DNA of 41,863 bases from the NCBI GenBank assembly GCA_010093745.1, contig MU006041.1, forward strand, positions 3,854 to 45,716, read 5' to 3'. Numbering within the stretch: position 1 is the stretch's first letter; each line of letters starts with the position of its first letter. Below the pieces are notes generated by a model, which had not been told where the DNA came from, made no database searches, and was given only the letters and a program-made list of their open reading frames with translations. This document shows, piece by piece, positions 9,329-18,748 of the stretch. Source of the DNA: Piedraia hortae CBS 480.64. Taxonomy: Eukaryota. The position numbers were made by a program, and so were the translations under genes.

Positions 9329-10645
9329 CTAAAGCAGCTCTAGCATAGCCCCCATCTGGAGAGCCGACATTTCCATTTGCTTGGCAGCCTCTTCGGCCTC
9401 CGCGGTTTTGGAAGGTTTGGTCTTGCACTTTTCGCTGCGTGCGACGATGCCTTGTGCAATCGCGTTTTGGAGGCTCCTATTGGCGGTGAGTTTTTGGTCG
9501 GTGTATAGGGCAGTTAACATGCTTTCGACAACAACGGAGACTTTGGCGTTATTAATCGCCTTGGCCGTGTTTGCTGCGTGCGGCGCATAGTGAGCTATGA
9601 AGTCGGATTGTGTGAAATTTACTTGGCCTTCGGGGACGATGAAACCAAGTAGACTGACTACTGTGTCTCTTGCGAGAGTGTATACGTCTTTTGGGGACAA
9701 CCATCTTCGTCTAGCGAGGAGGAAGCGCTGGAAGCTGTCTAGGGGAAGGGGTCGGATGTAATCTGCCATGTCGAGGAAGAAGTCGTCTACGCTTTCCCAT
9801 ATCGTTGTTTCTTGCTCCCTGCAGGCTCTGACCAGCAAAGCTAGGAGCCGCTGTCGAAGCTCTATTGATTTATAATCGCCGAGCGAGAGCGTTTCGTTCG
9901 CCTTGTCATCATGGTGTCCGTTCTGATCGACGCCGTTGCCGTTACTATCTACTTCGGGTAGCTCTGTCTCGTTGAGCCAAATTTCCCCAAACTCCTCCAG
10001 ACTCTTCCGCGAGCCATCAGCAAAGATGGCCCGCAGGATTTGTCTCCTTTCCGTGCTATGTTCTGACTCAGCGGCGCGAACATAATTCTGAATCCCTGCA
10101 AGATCAGACTCCAAAACGTCAAGTATCACTTCCAGCCAGGGAAGCCACACTTCCCACCGTTTACGGTGTTGCACAGAGCAATTGAAAGCCCAACCGACTA
10201 CAGTCCAAAAGTTAGGAGCTCTTTTCCAGAGACTATCGTCTTCAAAGAGGAACAGGGCGTCTTTGACTTCTTCTGCTCTTACACTCCCATGTCTGGTGCG
10301 TGAATTAGATTTGTTTCCTCGTGAGCCGCTGGGGTTGGGTTCGAAGACAAATGCTTCCTTCAACGTTACGCTACCCACGCGATTCAAGACGGCACGTAGG
10401 TACTGCAATGCGAGAGAAGCCCCGTGTTTTTTGTCCTGCGAGTTTGTGCGATTGGTCATTTGCGGGTGAACAGCTAGAGATGCGGCCCAGGCCAGATAAG
10501 TGGGCGGCGGAAGCTGCGCTGGACGGGACGATGCGAGGCCGGAATCAACCGACACTTTGAGGATACTGATTGCATCTGCATAGAGCCCTTCATTTAGCTT
10601 GTTATGTATAGACTCTAGAAGCCGCGTCGGGATCCGTTGTGCCAT
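9329..10645 (-). CDS. Conserved filamentous-fungal hypothetical protein (438 aa, apparently helical)
   Basis: Long ATG-initiated ORF with conserved-looking blocks LPPPTYLAWAASLAVHP, SLWKRAPNFWTVVGWAFNCSVQHRKRWEVWLPWLEVILDVLE and NAKVSVVVESML. Confidence 0.8.
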   Translation of the reverse strand: MAQRIPTRLLESIHNKLNEGLYADAISILKVSVDSGLASSRPAQLPPPTYLAWAASLAVHPQMTNRTNSQDKKHGASLALQYLRAVLNRVGSVTLKEAFVFEPNPSGSRGNKSNSRTRHGSVRAEEVKDALFLFEDDSLWKRAPNFWTVVGWAFNCSVQHRKRWEVWLPWLEVILDVLESDLAGIQNYVRAAESEHSTERRQILRAIFADGSRKSLEEFGEIWLNETELPEVDSNGNGVDQNGHHDDKANETLSLGDYKSIELRQRLLALLVRACREQETTIWESVDDFFLDMADYIRPLPLDSFQRFLLARRRWLSPKDVYTLARDTVVSLLGFIVPEGQVNFTQSDFIAHYAPHAANTAKAINNAKVSVVVESMLTALYTDQKLTANRSLQNAIAQGIVARSEKCKTKPSKTAEAEEAAKQMEMSALQMGAMLELL

Positions 10646-10775
10646 GTTATCCCTGAAGAGTTGCCTGTTTCCCGGATAGGAAGGAGGGTGACTAAGCTGT
10701 CGTGACTCGCGGGAACACCTCTATGATTTGATTGCCAATTTATACTTAACTAGCATACCAGAAGTCACCTCGACA

Positions 10776-11519
10776 ATGCCCAAATTCTTCTGCGATTACT
10801 GCGACGTCTATTTGACGCATGACTCCATGAGCGTGCGCAAAGCGCACAACAGCGGCCGTAACCATTTACGCAACGTAACAGACTACTACCAGCAAATTGG
10901 CCAGGCCAAGGCGCAATCCATTATTGACAGCATCACCAGCAGCTACAGTGCAGAAGGCTACAGCAATCCAATGACGCAAATGTACGCGCCTGGCATGGGG
11001 GATATGGGAATGACACCGGGGATGGTACCGGGGATGGGTCCTGGGATGGATGGCAAGGCTCCACCTTTCATGGGCGGACCATCAATGGGCATGCCTCCTA
11101 TGCCGTTTGGTCGTGGGATGCCACCTTTGCCTCCTGGGTAAGTACTTCCTAACCGTTTATTTGCGTCAAGACTTACGGTTTGCAGGTTCCCAGCACCACC
11201 TAGTGGGTTCCCACCAGGCTTTAATCCGAGCAATTTACCGCCGATGCCTCCTGGAGGTGGAGGTGGAGGTGGTGCCAATATGCCATTTCCGCCTTCAAAT
11301 ATACCGTTCCCGCCAGCGCGAAACGGCCCACCAGCCCCCGCATCTGCGGCGAGTCCAGCGCCTGGTATGCCGCCAGGAACGCCCTTGGCAGGACCGCCGG
11401 GCGTGGGAGGCCCGCCAGCTATGTCAATGCCAGCAATGCCAGCACCACCAGGTGTACCACAAGGAATGCCGCCGGGTATGGGTAATCCACCGGGCACGAA
11501 CAGTGCATCCGGTCGGTAG
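10776..11519 (+). CDS. SNRPC: U1 snRNP protein C; exons 10776-11137 and 11186-11519
   Basis: Matrin-type zinc finger [30 protein letters not shown]. Intron 11138-11185 (GTAAGT...CAG, phase 2) joins in frame to the Pro/Gly/Met-rich tail. Confidence 0.95.
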
Positions 11520-11810
11520 GAGGTATCATAGCACAAGGTAAAGTAGCATGAGGTAAAGTTATTTCCATGTCTTGAATTTCTATCCGACTTGCATGTCGAT
11601 GCTGACAACAGCGTAAGAGACGAGGATTTTGTTCCAGTAGCTTGGCTATGATATTCTGAATGGCGCCTGGTGGACGGATGTCACAACGGGAAGTGCCGCG
11701 AGACGTCACATCCATCTCGACCTCACATTTATCTTTTTTAGTTGGGCGTGGCGCGAAGGCATTTGCCCGAATTTTGCCGAAAGCTCCTGAACCCCGCAGA
11801 GAGCGTTGAG

Positions 11811-13115
11811 ATGGCTTTAAGACTGGCAAGTTTTCAGCGGCCGGTCGTAAGAAGTAGTTTGTACTCTATACAGCGAAGAAACATGTCCAAGATCAAGGTC
11901 AAAACGCCGCTCGTCGAGCTGGACGGCGACGAGATGACGCGCATCATCTGGAAGGACATCAAGGACCGTTTCATCCATCCGTATCTTGATGTGGACCTTA
12001 AATACTATGATCTCGGCCTAGAGCATCGCGATGCGACCGATGACAAGGTCACCAGCGAAGCGGCCGAGGCGATCAAGAAGTACGGTGTTGGGGTCAAGTG
12101 CGCGACCATCACGCCAGATGAAGCGCGCGTCGAGGAGTTTAAGCTGAAAAAAATGTGGTTGAGCCCAAACGGCACAATTCGCAACATCCTCGGAGGCACA
12201 GTCTTCCGCGCGCCAATCGTCATCCCCCGGGTGCCGCGCCTGGTGCCCGGCTGGAAGAAACCGATTGTCATTGGCCGTCATGCGTTTGGTGACCAATATC
12301 GGGCCAAAGACCGCGTCATCGACGGGCCGGGCAAGATAGAAATGGTATTCACGCCCAAGAACGGTGAGCCCGAGCGGATCGAAGTTTTTACTTTTGAAGA
12401 TCACCACCGTGGCGGTGTTGTGCAAACGCAATACAACACAACCGAGAGCATTTCGGGGTTCGCGCATGCGTCCTTCAAACATGCGCTGGATCTCAAGATG
12501 CCCATGTACATGTCCACCAAGAACACGATTCTCAAGAAATACGATGGCCGATTCAAGGATATTTTCCAGGAAATTTATGAAAAGGACTACCGCAAGCAAT
12601 TCGAGGCCCAAGGGCTCTGGTACGAGCATCGGCTGATTGACGACATGGTGGCGCAGATGCTGAAGAGCGAGGGCGGCATGCTGATTGCCATGAAGAACTA
12701 CGACGGTGACGTGCAGTCAGACATCGTAGCGCAAGGCTACGGATCCCTCGGCCTCATGACGTCGGTGTTGGTGACGCCTGACGGTAAGACGACGGAAACG
12801 GAGGCCAGCCACGGCACCGTCACGCGCCACTATCGCGAGCACCAAAAGGGTCGTCCGACATCGACGAACCCTATTGCGTCAATTTTCGCGTGGACTCGCG
12901 GTCTCGTCAAGCGCGGCGAGCTTGATGGAACGCCCGAGGTTGTAAAATTTGCAGAGAGCCTCGAGGAGGCGTGCATCTACGTTGTTGATCAGCAGGGCAT
13001 CATGACAAAGGATTTGGCCATCAGTTGTGGCAAGAAGGATGATTTTGTCACGACGACAGAGTACATGGAGGCTGTTGAGAAGCGCATGAAGAATGTGCTG
13101 TCAGCGAAGCTATAG
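11811..13115 (+). CDS. IDP1: NADP-dependent isocitrate dehydrogenase with a mitochondrial presequence and C-terminal PTS1 (AKL); intronless
   Basis: Motifs [48 protein letters not shown] and HGTVTRH. An Arg/Ser-rich presequence precedes a second Met at 11883. Confidence 0.97.
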   Translation: MALRLASFQRPVVRSSLYSIQRRNMSKIKVKTPLVELDGDEMTRIIWKDIKDRFIHPYLDVDLKYYDLGLEHRDATDDKVTSEAAEAIKKYGVGVKCATITPDEARVEEFKLKKMWLSPNGTIRNILGGTVFRAPIVIPRVPRLVPGWKKPIVIGRHAFGDQYRAKDRVIDGPGKIEMVFTPKNGEPERIEVFTFEDHHRGGVVQTQYNTTESISGFAHASFKHALDLKMPMYMSTKNTILKKYDGRFKDIFQEIYEKDYRKQFEAQGLWYEHRLIDDMVAQMLKSEGGMLIAMKNYDGDVQSDIVAQGYGSLGLMTSVLVTPDGKTTETEASHGTVTRHYREHQKGRPTSTNPIASIFAWTRGLVKRGELDGTPEVVKFAESLEEACIYVVDQQGIMTKDLAISCGKKDDFVTTTEYMEAVEKRMKNVLSAKL

Positions 13116-13475
13116 ACTACTTGGCGAATCATAGACTTTTGTTCATCAAATGCGTCCATCCACGTGTTTGTTCCAAGTAGCCACGTGATGGATCCAGAGG
13201 GAATGAATGACTCATTAACGAACACATCACGCGATTAATGGGATGAATCACGCTATTCCCTGCTGCCGTTAACCGTTGTGCGCTAAGCCGTGTGTACCCA
13301 GGAAAAGCTCCTTTTTATTTACCCCGACCGCATTCCACCAGCAACACTGAAGGATCCTAATCAAAGAAAAAAAAAAAAAACCCCTTAACAATCTCCGAGC
13401 AGTTCGGACACCCTACCAAGACCGCGCACGTGTATGTCTATATCAATGGAAGCAGAAACAAGACATGTCATCCGC

Positions 13476-13478
<3 letters not shown>

Positions 13479-13507
<29 letters not shown>

Positions 13508-13508
13508 C
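13479..13508. repeat. C30 homopolymer upstream of the DUF3602 gene
   Basis: Read directly from the sequence. Confidence 0.9.
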
Positions 13509-13576
13509 ACCCACCAAAGGGTTAAAGTAACTAGTAACTACAAAGCAAAGAGCGTCCAACTACTCCCCTCAACGAA

Positions 13577-14170
13577 ATGGTCTCAATAATCGAACCACAT
13601 CCCTCGGTCCTAACACCGCGCTACCTCCCCTCCGGCCGCGGTGGAGCGGGAAACCAACACTACTACACCCCCAACGAGCTCACCAACGGACAAACAGCCA
13701 CAGGACCCGCTTCGAAAATCAGTCTTACCCGCAGACAATCAAGCCCACTGGAGGAAAAGCTACCCTCCAGTGCAAATCCCTCTAAACAACAGGCTTCTAA
13801 ACCCCACGCTACTTCTACAGACGCCAACGGAAGTCGTGCTCGCCATCCACCCAGTCCCTTGCCCCCTGCCCAATTGACAGGCCGCGGCGGCGCTGGGAAC
13901 ATCACGCGCCACTCCCGTCGGGAAGATGATTTAGCTTCCCGCGAGCTCTCGAGCAGGGAGAGAAGCAGGGACGCTTCGCCGTATGTGCTTTTTGGACGGG
14001 GAGGCGCGGCGAACGTCATTGCCCCCAAGTATGAACGGGAGAGGGAGGGACGCTTCGGGGAGACGGGGTCGGTTTCTTCAAAGGGTTCGAGGGGGAGTGC
14101 GGGTAGTGCGGGCAGTGTGAACAGTTTGAGGAGGGTGCTTGGACGGATCGCGTCGGGGGGAAGGGATTGA
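13577..14170 (+). CDS. DUF3602 / Par32-like GRGGAGN-repeat protein
   Basis: Three GRGGA(G/A)N motifs in a disordered Ser/Arg-rich 197-aa protein. Confidence 0.85.
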   Translation: MVSIIEPHPSVLTPRYLPSGRGGAGNQHYYTPNELTNGQTATGPASKISLTRRQSSPLEEKLPSSANPSKQQASKPHATSTDANGSRARHPPSPLPPAQLTGRGGAGNITRHSRREDDLASRELSSRERSRDASPYVLFGRGGAANVIAPKYEREREGRFGETGSVSSKGSRGSAGSAGSVNSLRRVLGRIASGGRD

Positions 14171-14296
14171 ATGTCACCGGGCTTTTGTCGTTGGGAGGGT
14201 GGGTGGGTAATGCTCTTTCTGCCTAGCAATGGACGGGTAATTATGATTGATGACTACTGAACAGGTCTTGGATGTATGATGATGGTGATGGTGACG

Positions 14297-15439
14297 CTAC
14301 GCAAACTTCTGATGTATTACGTCCGGATTCTCGTGCCAATCGTCGATGCTGACGTACATTTTGCGGAAAGTGCTGAGCCCGGCCAGGATGCTGCCTCCGA
14401 TCCAAGTGCTGTAGAGACGCTCTGGGGGCGCAAAGATTTTGATGCGCATATCGCGGACGGCGAGTCGCTGGACCTCGTGTAGCAGCCGGTCGCCGAAGCC
14501 TTTGGTCATGGTCGACCCGCCCGATAGCACAATGTTGGCGTACAATGACTTGCGGAGGTCCATGTCGGTGCGGCCAATGGCATCGACGACCATCTGGTGC
14601 AGACCAGACCATTCTTGTCCGATAATCTCCGGGTCGAATAGGATCTCGGGCGCCCGGAACCGCTCCGCCCCGATCTTGAGCTTCTGTCCGTCTGGTAGGG
14701 TGTAAGAGACTGACTTGCCCTCGCCGCCGCGGCTGCTCGTTGTGAGCCATTCCTTTTCTTCCTTTTTCGGGTCTAGGGCAATGTACGACGTCTTTTCCTT
14801 GATGGCCTTGACCACCTCTTTCTCAGCGCTCGTGTGGAAGACACTGCCCTGCTTCCGGAGCAGCGTTTGTAGGTATTCGGTCACGTCCCGTCCGGCAACA
14901 TCGATGCGGCGGATGCTGTTGGGTATGGCAAATCCTTCGTAGACCGGCACCGCGTGCGAGACTCCGTCGCCGGCATCCAGCACGATGCCCGTCGTTCGGC
15001 CCGATGCATACAGCGACAGCACCGCTTGAATAGAGGTGTAGAGGGCCGGCACGTTGAACGTCTCAAAAAGGATCTGGGCGGCCGTGTCGCGGTTGCTGCG
15101 CGGGTTCAGTGGCGGCTCCGTCAGCAGCACCGGATGCTCTTCGCTCAGCGTCTTGAGCTCGTCGGTGTAGATGTGCTGCCAGATTCGCTCCATGTCATCC
15201 CAGTCTGTCACCACGCCGTGCTCCAGCGGATAGCGGATCTTGAGCAGGCCGCGCAACTCCTGCGCCCGGCTGCCGATGAACACATCTCCCTCCAGGCCAC
15301 CGGCCAGCACGCGCAGGTGCTTGGGGCGGCCGACAAACGAGGGAAAGAAGCACTTGGGAAGGTCCTCGCCGGCGTAGCCTGCGCGGATGGTGCCGCTGCC
15401 ATTGTCGATGACAACCGGCGTGTTGTGCAGGTCGGCCAT
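14297..15439 (-). CDS. ARP1: Actin-related protein 1 (centractin, dynactin complex); intronless
   Basis: Actin fold with Arp1-type signatures [35 protein letters not shown] and [16 protein letters not shown]. Confidence 0.93.
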   Translation of the reverse strand: MADLHNTPVVIDNGSGTIRAGYAGEDLPKCFFPSFVGRPKHLRVLAGGLEGDVFIGSRAQELRGLLKIRYPLEHGVVTDWDDMERIWQHIYTDELKTLSEEHPVLLTEPPLNPRSNRDTAAQILFETFNVPALYTSIQAVLSLYASGRTTGIVLDAGDGVSHAVPVYEGFAIPNSIRRIDVAGRDVTEYLQTLLRKQGSVFHTSAEKEVVKAIKEKTSYIALDPKKEEKEWLTTSSRGGEGKSVSYTLPDGQKLKIGAERFRAPEILFDPEIIGQEWSGLHQMVVDAIGRTDMDLRKSLYANIVLSGGSTMTKGFGDRLLHEVQRLAVRDMRIKIFAPPERLYSTWIGGSILAGLSTFRKMYVSIDDWHENPDVIHQKFA

Positions 15440-15619
15440 GCGGGTAGGACTAGGCGTTCTGGATCATCTGCTTGACGGGCTGAAACCGACCCTAACGGCA
15501 TCAAACGGAGGCCGTGTTGACGGGCGGGTTCTTTGTAGATCACGTGCCGGTTCAGGCTGGACGATCAGATAGAAAACTACATCAGGAGCAGAGAAAGCGG
15601 CAGTAGATTTCATACGGTA

Positions 15620-18275
15620 ATGGCTGCCATAGAACAGCTCGTCGTGCATTCAAAGGTAGATAAGCCACGCTCTGCAGCCAGCCGCCACTGACTCCCAGGA
15701 CTACATCCTCCGCTGGATCCAGGTGCCCGACCACCAGTCTCTCTCGTGGTCGGTGCAGCCAAACAAGAAGAGCATCAACATTGGCGTCTTCAAGCACCCG
15801 GGCACCAAGCGCGCCGCGTCGCTGCAGGAAAAGGACTTGCCAGATGCGCCTGCAGACGCCAAACGGGACCGCAACGGCTCCGTCAACGACGCCAGCGTGG
15901 CGTGCGAGAAGCTGCAGAGCAAAGGACTGAAATGCGTGGCGTGGATCGGCCGCTGTGAGCCCGACAAGGTCACCACGGGCCACTACAATGTGCCAGAGGG
16001 CGAGGGCGGCATGTACGGCCTCGTGCTGGACAACACCTTCTCCAAGCAGACATCCAAGACGGTGCAGTTTATGCTGACGGCGCATCCACTGAACGTTGTG
16101 CCCAAGACCAGCAGCAGCCTGCAGTCGGTGCCGGACAGATCAGTTCCCCCAACCCGGGACACCAACGATTCCGCCTCGCCAGTGGACCAAATCGACACCA
16201 GCTCGGGCTTTTGCACTGGAGTTCTACAGAAGAAGAGGCGGAAAAGGGGCCAGGGCTATGCGAATCGCTTCTTTTCCCTCGATTTCACCACTTGCACGCT
16301 GTCATATTATCGGGACCGCCACTCTTCGGCCCTCCGGGGAGCCGTTCCTCTCTCTCTCGCGGCCATAGGCGTTGACGAGGACCGCCGAGAGTTTGTCATT
16401 GACAGCGGGGCCGAGGTGTGGCACTTGCGAGCCCCAAACCGCAAAGACTTTGACGGATGGCGGGAAGCTTTGGAAAGGGCATCCAATATCGAATTTCACA
16501 ACGTCCGTTCGGACCATCTGCCAAGAGCGCCCGTGGACAACACAGAGTGGCAGAGGCTGGAACAGCTCGTTAGCAAAGTGTCTGGGATCCGGGATGCCCT
16601 CCGTGAATTGGCCAGGGATACCGATCCCAAGTATCTTCCCACTGCCGACTCGTCGCTGGCCGCCGAGCCGTCGGAGAACCCGTTCTTTGCCGACGAGCAG
16701 AGGCCGTTCTGGAGACGCCGCACCATAGGGCCACCACCCAAGAGGTCCACCTCAGGCCAGACGGGCTCGTCCACGCCAGTCTCGCTTCATCCCGTCAAAA
16801 CTTCGGCCTCGGATGAGGTACATCAGCGGTGCATGGCACTGCTGCATGACCTGGACGGGGTAACAGCTGGACTTGCCACGCTGGTGTCGGACGGCAAGGC
16901 CAGGAGACAGACCAGTAGCAAAGCGTCCCGCCGCATCTCGCTAGAGTCTGTCGATGCCGAGTTCTTCGACGCACCAGATACGCAATTGTACCACCTAAGC
17001 GGTGACGATGGGGCTGAGCCCGACGTCGCCTCGGACGCCAGTAGCGATGGCGGCGAGGACGAGCCCGTGGTGCAGAACGCCCAGTATCCCGCAAAGCCTG
17101 CATCCCTCTCCCCTCTTCCGCTGAGCCCCGTCAAACGGAGGACTACGGTGTCGCCGCCCAAGCAGCCGCCCCCCAGCATCATTGGCTTTTTGCGGAAGAA
17201 TGCGGGAAAGGACTTGTCGACAGTGTCGATGCCTGTGACGGCCAACGAACCAACCTCGTTCCTCCAGCGGCTTGCCGAAAGCTTGGAGTATTCCGCTCTG
17301 CTCGACCAGGCCGCCAGCTCAGAAACTGCGGGCGAGCGGCTCATGTTCGTAACGGCATTTGCCATGTCCTACTTCGCCAACAGCCGCGTCAAGGAGCGAG
17401 CGGTGCGAAAGCCGTTCAACCCCATGCTTGGCGAGACGTACGAGCTCGTGCGGGAAGATCTTGGCTTCCGTTTCGTTGCCGAAAAGGTGTCTCACCACCC
17501 GGTGCGTATGGCGTGTCAGGCGGAGAGCCTTAGGAACGGCGGATGGACTTTTACCCAATCACCGCGGCCGGACCAAAAGTTCTGGGGCAAGTCGGTCGAG
17601 CTGCAGACGGATGGCCGCTGCCGCGTTGTGCTCCACGGTCGAGGTGAGCACTACAGCTGGAACCAGGCCACCTGCTTCCTGCGCAACGTCATCGCGGGAG
17701 AAAAATACGTCGAGCCCGTGCAGACGATGACTGTGCAGAGCGAAGGGAACCAGCTGAGCGCGCGCGCGACGTTTAAGAGCGGCGGCATGTTCTCTGGGCG
17801 GTCCGAGGAAGTGTCCGTGGCTCTTTTGGACTCTGGCGAGGAAATGTCCCTCGCCTTGACGGGCAAATGGACCGAGAACCTCAAACGCACCGATACAGGA
17901 GCCGTCGTCTGGACTGTTGGTGCCCTTGTCCCGGACGCGGCCAGGGTCTACGGGTTTACGACTTTTGCAGCCAGCCTCAACGAAGTCACCGAAATCGAAG
18001 CTGGGAAATTGCCGCCTACGGATTCGCGCCTGAGGCCGGACCAAAAGGCGCTGGAGGAGGGTCGGGCGGACGATGCAGAGGAGCTCAAGGCGCGGCTCGA
18101 GGAACAGCAGCGTGTCCGTCGTAGGGAGCTGCAGGGCGAGTACCAGCCGCTGTTCTTCGATCGCGTCTCTGACGACGATGGCCTATGGATGCTGAAACCT
18201 GGTGAGAACAGTTATTGGAGACGGAGAGAGACGGGTGATTGGAAGGGTGTTGTTCCTGTCTTTGAGCTGCAGTGA
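15620..18275 (+). CDS. OSH3: Oxysterol-binding protein homolog Osh3 (GOLD + PH + ORD); exons 15620-15655 and 15699-18275
   Basis: Exon 1 is MAAIEQLVVHSK. A 43-nt intron (GTAGAT...CTGAC..CAG) joins in frame to DYILRWIQV. GOLD motif YGLVLDNTFSK, PH motif LQKKRRKRGQGYANRFF, and OSBP motifs KPFNPMLGETYE, EKVSHHP and PTDSRLRPD are present. Confidence 0.93.
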
Positions 18276-18748
18276 TTTGCTATGTGACCTGCGATAGCCT
18301 ATTTCTTTCGCTGCCTGGCTGGCTCTTCCTATTCTAAGAACACCTTGAAATTGATGTATCTATTTGAGCACTTTGGGAATGTGGGGTGTCGCTTACGGAC
18401 GAGTACTGGGGCACTCAACCAAGTCCATCCACAGCAATACGCATGGGTGGGTCTGGAAGGTGACCCCAGAAAGGAAGGAGGTCAGCGCTGAGGCGGTGTG
18501 GGAGAAGACTTCGAATGTTTCCGTCTCGCTGAATATTATTATCTGTTTGCATGTGAAATTTCTCACATGCAGCAGAACTGTGCAGGGTCCTACCCGGCCC
18601 CGGCCCGGTCCGTCAAGGGTCTTGCTTCGTAAGCAGATGCCACGGTCTGTGACTCATGGGATGAGGCGAAGGAAAATCGGTTGGCGACACCCAACACCAG
18701 CAAAAAAAAAATAAAATAAAATAAAATAAATAAATTTTTTTTTCCCCA

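Noticed and set aside
10958..11608. 216-aa Gly/Pro-rich antisense ORF
   Set aside because: It is a shadow of the Pro/Gly-rich U1-C tail.
11742..11810. Upstream extensions given by the ORF track (IDP1; similarly TAF8, racemase, U1-C, ATP16, MFS)
   Set aside because: They begin at GTG/TTG codons; eukaryotic initiation at the first suitable ATG was preferred.
18360..18700. Candidate RNase P/MRP, SRP or snR30 RNA (GTTGAGTGC-like and GAGAAAT-like words on the minus strand)
   Set aside because: The required CR-I/CR-V, SRP or m1/m2 motifs were not found, so it is kept only as a low-interest structured spacer.
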